Source of the DNA: a virus
Virus record (IMG/VR): IMGVR_UViG_3300044712_000538
Coordinates: 1-64,000 of that record
DNA: 64,000 nucleotides
Strand: one strand, 5' to 3'
Position 1 is the stretch's first letter. Each line of letters begins with the position of its first letter. Below are positions 62,667 to 64,000 of this stretch, one piece after another. Under the pieces are notes generated by a model. That model was not told where the DNA came from. It saw nothing but the letters and a program-made list of their open reading frames with translations, and made no database searches. The position numbers and the translations under genes were made by a program.

Positions 62667-64000
62667 ATGAAGCGAGCATTGTTCCTTGTTTTTTTACTGG
62701 TTTCAATGGTAGGAATGTCCCAGGTTCAAACTTATTTGACCTGGGACTCTCCTCTTGGAAATTATATCCAGATAAACTCCAATCAGGGTATCCAGCGAAA
62801 TGCCGGAAATACATTCGGATATGATCAGGGGGACGTTGAATCTGTCCAAACCATATCCAGCGGCGAGTCTGTTACTTTTCAGATTGGTGCGCCCGGATCT
62901 CAGTTTTATATTGGCCTTATATCATCGAAGCCGAAGGGCCAAATCGTTGCAGATAATAACGAAGATGGAACCTGGGTGGGATCTGATGCCACGGTAAAAT
63001 TTGGTCAGGTCTTTGGTGTTTTCGGGAATGACAGTACCAGCGCATTTGAAGACGGTATTACAAAGGGAACAAAATATAGGGCCACGATAAATCAATGGTT
63101 CCGGATTAATTATACGGGGTCTTCCATCCAGTACCAGTATTCTACGGACAATGCCGCTACGTTCAACACCTTTTATACATCAACAAATACGGCATCTGGT
63201 TCATACTACGTCTACTTCTCTGCCTTTATTCTGAATGTTTCCCTGCAATCGATTTATAAAACTGGCGCAGGGGGCGGTAATCAGGCTCCTACCGTTTCAG
63301 CTACGGCCTCAAACAGTACCGTAACCTCCCCGGTAACAACCAATACCCTCACGGCATCAGCATCCGATCCGGACGGATCAATTTCATCCTATTCTTGGGT
63401 CAAAATTTCCGGACCGACTGGCGGCAGCATAACATCGCCTACGGCCTCTTCGACCGGAATTACCGGCCTTACGAATGCCGGGACATATGTTTACCGTGTT
63501 ACCGTAACCGACAATGGAGGAGCAACGGCAACTGCTGATGTGGCTTTCTTGGTAACTGGAGCAACTCAGCAGCTTGTAAATGCTGGTCCAGATCAGGCGC
63601 TTCCCATTGGTACAACGTCTACTACCCTATCTGGGACCGCAGTAACCGCCAGCCAAACCGACCTAATTATATTTTTTGGAGAATCAAATGCATCCGGCCA
63701 GGCACCGAATACTTCTGCGACCAGCATCGAGCGGCTGCCAAGGAGTTCCGTTAAGATCTACAACAATTTCAATGGGCTGATCGAAAACCTTGATCTGGAC
63801 CAGAACAATAATCTTGATGTATGCGGAATCCCGAGTACCCATGGTTGGGAAATTGGTCTGGCCGATGCGGTCGAGGCTGGACGGCTGAACAACCCTACAT
63901 ATCTTCTGAAAGTCGCATGCGCAGGCACCAGAATCGACCAATGGCTGAATGGCTCCGGAAACCCGTCTTGGAATGAGTTTGTACGGAAGGTGGATGACAT
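62667..64000 (+). CDS. secreted PKD-domain + SGNH/SASA acetylesterase protein (truncated by the window end; not in the ORF track)
   Basis: MKRALFLVFLLVSMVGMSQ; NQAPTV...ASDPDGSISSYSW.KISGP...GTYVYRVTVTDN.GA (PKD); IIFFGESNASG, GWEIGLA, LLKVA..GT.I..W (SASA). Confidence 0.8.
   Translation, partial: MKRALFLVFLLVSMVGMSQVQTYLTWDSPLGNYIQINSNQGIQRNAGNTFGYDQGDVESVQTISSGESVTFQIGAPGSQFYIGLISSKPKGQIVADNNEDGTWVGSDATVKFGQVFGVFGNDSTSAFEDGITKGTKYRATINQWFRINYTGSSIQYQYSTDNAATFNTFYTSTNTASGSYYVYFSAFILNVSLQSIYKTGAGGGNQAPTVSATASNSTVTSPVTTNTLTASASDPDGSISSYSWVKISGPTGGSITSPTASSTGITGLTNAGTYVYRVTVTDNGGATATADVAFLVTGATQQLVNAGPDQALPIGTTSTTLSGTAVTASQTDLIIFFGESNASGQAPNTSATSIERLPRSSVKIYNNFNGLIENLDLDQNNNLDVCGIPSTHGWEIGLADAVEAGRLNNPTYLLKVACAGTRIDQWLNGSGNPSWNEFVRKVDD

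Noticed and set aside
1-64000. stop-codon reassignment as in some crAss-like phages
   Set aside because: Long genes are intact in code 11; TAA, TGA and TAG all end plausible genes; no suppressor tRNA was seen

Overview
This window is entirely bacteriophage DNA: a crAss-like (Crassvirales-related, podovirus-type) phage of Bacteroidota, probably Chitinophagaceae-like, in the standard genetic code. It has three blocks. (1) 1-8.5 kb, + strand: replication and nuclease genes (XRE HTH, HNH, DUF559-like nuclease, DnaB) ending in an Acb2/Tad1-like small protein. (2) 8.6-22.1 kb, - strand: accessory/early genes (HNH, two DNA methyltransferases, MutS-I-like, DUF4082, DUF2786, RadC, DUF6876), with three promoters carrying 20-bp-period ACCGCTCATC repeats. 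(3) 23.2-64 kb, + strand: morphogenesis (RyR-domain protein, two GroES-like proteins, tail ring and muzzle proteins, ejection proteins, a 4444-aa DarB-like methyltransferase/helicase/zincin protein, terminase, portal, scaffold, major capsid, fibre-like proteins). The most notable observations are a XerCD dif-like site between blocks 2 and 3, a run of tail-fibre-like genes that all carry Sec signal peptides, and a probable nested gene in the +1 frame of the giant protein's linker. All family calls come from motif recognition by eye; no database search was run.
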